This document shows, piece by piece, positions 61,031-64,000 of a DNA stretch of 64,000 nucleotides. A model generated the notes under the pieces. That model was not told the origin of the DNA. It saw only the letters and a list, made by a program, of their open reading frames with translations, and ran no database searches. Both the position numbers and the translations under genes were made by a program. Each line of letters starts with the position of its first letter. Within the stretch, counting starts at the first letter, position 1. This DNA is from the human T2T-CHM13v2.0 reference genome, Homo sapiens. The DNA lies in assembly GCF_009914755.1 (NCBI RefSeq), contig NC_060930.1; one strand, 5' to 3'.

Positions 61031-61302
61031 CCCATCAGAATTATACTCATTTAATGGACACTTACTGAGTTCCTCTTTCGTGCTGGGTATGTTGCTAAGT
61101 GATAAGGAGGAAAATTAGCACAGAAGGTGCTTCTGTGCTCCTAGAGCTCTCGGAATAACGGTGAAGTGCCACAGCAACGTTCACACTGTGTGACATTCAC
61201 ACTAAGTGTGACAGTGGTGTGTGTGGAGTCCTGGGTGCCCGGGGTCACCGGCACACCGCTATGTGGAAGCATGTTTCTGAGAGGCAAAGGCGTCGTCATA
61301 GT

Positions 61303-61582
61303 CAGGGCCTGCTTGCACACTGGGTACAGGAGGCACAGTGCCGAGGGCCCATGGTACTTGGAGGAATCCACAAAAGGGTTTTTCTTTCTTTCAAAATCAG
61401 AACAAAAGTAAATTTTTAGGCCAAAGGCTTGGTCTTCATATGTCAGATTCATTATATTTGTCTATGCCAATGTGGCTGCAAATTATAATTTATACATGTA
61501 CACTATTTCCTTTTTTTGGTGGAGGAAAGGTCTAGGAAGACAGAAATGCCCAACGGCCCAGTAGAGTCCTAATGCACCCCTG
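61303..61582 (+). mobile_element. MER96-like hAT element
   Basis: cagggcc..aggcacagtgccgagggccc..ttcaaaatcagaa..cctaatgcacccctg; degenerate 8-bp TSD gtcatagt/atgatagt. Confidence 0.7.
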
Positions 61583-61748
61583 ATGATAGTAATTTATTGG
61601 GAGGCAAACTCCTGCCTGGATTCTGGACCTGGTTTCATTCTGTGCTGTGGGACAGGTGACATGGGCTACATGCTCCTTCAGTCCAACTTCCAGGTTCATC
61701 AGGGTATTTACCTTCAGGCAGTGCAAAGGCAGCACTCAGAGACAGCAA

Positions 61749-62187
<439 letters not shown>

Positions 62188-62404
62188 GAGAGCAATTTTT
62201 AATAGCAACAATGATGGTAATGATGGTAGCTCCATACCAAGTGCTAGGCACTGCGCTGAGAGCATTCCAGTCATTATCTTTTCAGCACTTGCTAGGTTTC
62301 GGGTGTTTTCCTAATATTTCACAGCTGCATTGGGCTCTACTGCAGGGCCTGGCTTTGTGCATGGGGGTTGAGAAGGAGAGCCTGGTATACCTATTGTCAT
62401 CTGA

Positions 62405-62640
62405 TAATAATATAGGGTATATAGAGAGATATGTAGTATATATACTCTGTATAGAGAAGATATATATATATAGTATATATAATATATAGTCAGATGACTA
62501 TATATAAATATATTTATATAATAAATATAAATATATATCTATATAGAATAGATGACAATACATACAAATATATATATTTGTGTATATATGTATATATAGA
62601 GAGAATCAGATGACAATATATACATATATATATAGGTATG
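62405..62640. repeat. TA-rich low-complexity expansion with interspersed 13-mer copies
   Basis: Direct inspection. Confidence 0.85.
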
Positions 62641-62770
62641 TTTTTAATTAGAAACAGGGTTTCACCATGTTGTACAAGCTGGTCTTGAACTCTTGGGCTC
62701 AGGCAATCCTCCTATCCCAGCGTTCCAAAGTGCTGGAATTGTAGGCACGAGCAACCACGCACAACTGGCC
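62640..62770 (-). mobile_element. FLAM/Alu left monomer
   Basis: gaaacagggtttcaccatgttg..ccaaagtgctggaattgtaggc. Confidence 0.85.
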
Positions 62771-63197
62771 CCCTTCTCATTCTTAAAATATTTTTAAAAA
62801 TCTTAAAAAGCACTTTTTCCTTGTAAGAACTCTACTCACAGTTTTTATTATTATTTTTTTTCTCAATGGCAGGACATCTTATGGGCGTGTCTTGGAGGCT
62901 TTAGCTGGTAGGAGTTGGGCAAGGAAGAGAGAGAAAGGCACTCAAAGCAAACACTTCCCAGGTGTTGATAATAATCTGGATGCTGGGACCTGCACAGGTT
63001 GATTGTGGAGGTTCCTGAGGAAGTCCGCTTGGAAAGGGTGGAACTTAGAGGTCTGCCATAGCGAGCCGACTGTCTCACTTTAGAACATCTGAAGGCTGTT
63101 TCACACAAGACAAAACGAAGCACCTGAATGCCTTCGTCCTGAGCACCCACTAGCCTGGGCTCTGTGGACTTGCTCTCATGCTTGCATTTCCCTGCAG

Positions 63198-63346
63198 GTG
63201 TTCCATTCAGAGACGCCCAAGACCTGAGGCCGCTTGGGTTCATTGGCCTATTGATGGCCTTGGATCTGTCTTGCCAGAGCACCTCCACAGTGTTTTGGAA
63301 ACATGTGGGTTGGGATTGACCAAAGCTGACGTGACTAATGGCAAAG
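63198..63346 (+). pseudogene. Degraded exon of the same gene: (G)VPFRDAQDLRPLGFIGLLMALDL-fs-LPEHLHSVLETCGLGLTKADVTNGK
   Basis: Acceptor tttccctgcag with a phase-1 start that matches the preceding exon. It aligns without gaps to the recalled family motif GVPLIDGGTVRLPxLIGLSRALDL-ILTGRPV.A.EAL..GLANRVVPDG, apart from one 1-nt frameshift after ALDL. A GT lies at 63346. Confidence 0.75.
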
Positions 63347-63975
63347 TGACCACGGTTTGGGTCAACGTTCTCTGACCATGAAAAGAAGAATCGTTGTCTG
63401 TCCTTGCTAGGAACCGCACATGTGCCAAGTTTATTTGTAATGTGTTGCTGGGGATATTCCTACCAATAATGAATAATTAAGCCCAGAATTCATTTTTGGG
63501 TCTTTGTTGGGTTTTTCTTTTCTTTTTTCTTTCTTTTCGTGACTCAACCATTAGCTTGTGTGGCAAATATAAAACTGAAATCTGGTAGTCACCCACTACT
63601 TAAAACACCTTTAATGGCTTCCTTCTTTTCTTAAGAGAAAGGCTTAAAATAATTGATCAGTGGCGCCCAGTCCCTAGGTAGTCTCTGTCCTACCCAGCTC
63701 TCCAGCCTCACTCCTGGCCCTGTACCCACTCTGGCCTCTGCTTTGTCCCTTGGACTACCCAGATCTTCTAGTTCCACAAATGCACCCATGCTCTCCTGCG
63801 CAGGGTCTCCCCATCAGAAAAGAGCAGTCCTCCACCTAGATGGCTCTTCCTCCCTCTTCACTCCCAATTAATTCTGTCTCACCCTTTAAATCTCTGCTCA
63901 GATATTCCTTGTTTGGAGATACCTTTCTTAACCTCCTTGGTTACGTGGTTAGGTTCAACCCTCTTAACCTTATGT

Positions 63976-64000
63976 TCTTTTTTTTTTTTTTTTTTTGAGA
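63976..64000 (-). mobile_element. Poly-T tail and start of an Alu running off the window
   Basis: T-run followed by gaga. Confidence 0.7.

Overview
Primate (human-like) genomic DNA, repeat-dense, with no supportable intact protein-coding gene. Most ORFs in the track derive from Alu, L1 or LTR sequence. The window holds about 30 Alu or Alu fragments, nested L1s, MaLR/ERVL LTRs, a decayed ERVL-class internal region with an RT remnant, a MER41 solo LTR and several DNA-transposon fossils (Tigger, MER2, MER3, MER5A, MER20, MER96). The main non-repeat signal is an intron-containing, + strand pseudogene of a crotonase/enoyl-CoA hydratase (PRK08259-type, motif set CAGxDL...GPMGP...KPVIAAV...AGGLELAL...RRxGVPLIDGG...ALDLILTGR...GLANRVVP). 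Three collinear, phase-compatible exon remnants lie at 38822-38919 (intact), 48065-48183 (frameshifted) and 63198-63346 (frameshifted), with a weaker candidate at 35589-35713. It looks like a lost ancestral metabolic gene (unitary pseudogene). Other points of note are a local inverted templated insertion inside an Alu, a TSD-flanked ~47-nt micro-retroposon, a perfect 30-bp triplication, and some non-repeat coding-like islands at 1-16.3 kb that I could not identify. All repeat subfamily calls and protein comparisons rest on recalled consensus motifs, not on database searches.
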